DNA of 64,000 nucleotides from Plasmodiophora brassicae (Eukaryota): NCBI GenBank assembly GCA_036867785.1, contig CP145423.1, positions 1 to 64,000 of the forward strand, read 5' to 3'. Shown piece by piece: positions 63,001 to 64,000 of this stretch (position 1 is its first letter; each line of letters starts with the position of its first letter). The notes under the pieces were generated by a model. It saw only the letters and a program-made list of their open reading frames with translations, ran no database searches and was not told where the DNA came from. The position numbers and the translations under genes were made by a program.

Positions 63001-64000
63001 GGAAGGTATCGGCTGGCTCGTCGAGTTGATTGATATGTCTAGCGTATTCTTCGTTCAACTGTTGAGCAAACGTTTTGGACCGGAACAGCGACTGGAGGAA
63101 GAGGATTCGCGAGAATTAAGGAAATGGCTCCGAAGTAGCACCGCAAGCATTGCCAGGCGCGTTCGTGTCCGCTGGCGAGATATGGCCCTCGGAACATACA
63201 CGATAAGTCAGGGAAGGAATGGCTAGGCCGAGGTCGAGGAGATGCCTCCGCAGATGAGCGACAGAGGCGATGCCGACGTTTGTGCTGTTTCGCGACAACA
63301 TGAAATCGTCAAAATCGCCGATGTCGATGCCTCTCGGGGTCGCCTATTCGTGAACCTACAGGGGTAGGATATCGTCAATTTGGGTTCGAGCATCCTTGCA
63401 CAGTGCACCTTACCAGCGCGTTATGCTTCTCAACCAATTTCATCGACCTTTCACAGCTAATCTACAGTCGGCTGTCGACAGCCTGGCACGAATGGCCTCG
63501 TCGAAAACATCAACGGCGTCCGTGTCCAGTTCGTCGATTGCCACGGGCACCAGACGAGAGTTAATATGCGTCATAAGATGATCGTAGAGAGCAAGTTCGG
63601 CCATATATCCACCCTCGTTGTCACGACGCCAATCGTCGAACGAATCGGTGTTTTCACGAGCCGCAACGTCGAGGAGTGCAGGTCGAATGCCGGATGCCGC
63701 GACTCGTGGTGCATCATCAGGTCCCTCGAGTTCGAACTGTGCCGGACCGTCATCGTCATTCACGAGTTCAACGTCATCGCCGCCAGACATGGCATCCCCA
63801 TTGTGGCGACGTCGGATCCATTGACGCAGGAAATACTCATTTGCGTCACCCTCGTCCGGCAGTTTCGCTTCGCCGTCATCGCTGGACTCCAACCATTCCC
63901 GAAGAAAGAAGTTGCCATCGACGTCGTCATCGGGCGACTTGGCCTCGACACCATCGCCACGCCTCGCCCATTCCTGCCAGAGCAGTCTCCCACTGCGTCA
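60020..64000 (+). repeat. Segmental duplication, copy 2: LINE-like fold-back (about 60020-61549) plus CACTA-like transposase pseudogene (about 61550-64000, minus strand)
   Basis: Matches 52277-56197. The transposase motif is better preserved here (QMHSLAHLGGIIRYWGPVYGFLWTNCMELWIK). The match runs off the window end. Confidence 0.95.

Overview
This window is the left end of a eukaryotic chromosome. It begins with about 330 bp of (CCCTAAAA)n telomere. A roughly 10 kb subtelomere follows, made of transposon debris and a USP-type deubiquitinase gene. From about 10.4 to 49 kb the region is gene-dense and GC-rich, with very short GT-AG introns (about 55-75 nt). It holds Hydin, an F-box/SPRY-like gene, NOT1, a bacterial-type YhfC intramembrane protease, RAD23, a TPR-like gene, ATG4 and a RAD18-like gene with a C-terminal WW domain. 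Interleaved at about 38-49 kb is a cluster of predicted secreted proteins: four His-rich proteins, two SnoaL/NTF2-like proteins and one tandem defensin-like Cys-rich protein. From about 49 kb to the end is rearranged repeat DNA: Hydin fragments, fold-back inversions, Copia, Gypsy, LINE and CACTA-like remnants, and a duplication of at least 3.9 kb. Within it sits an apparently intact gene for an R-S-E ADP-ribosyltransferase-like protein with an acidic 19-aa repeat tail. The TTTTAGGG telomere, tiny introns and flagellar gene suggest a plasmodiophorid such as Plasmodiophora brassicae; this is inference. All family calls come from motif recognition by eye, not database searches, and exon boundaries were placed manually.
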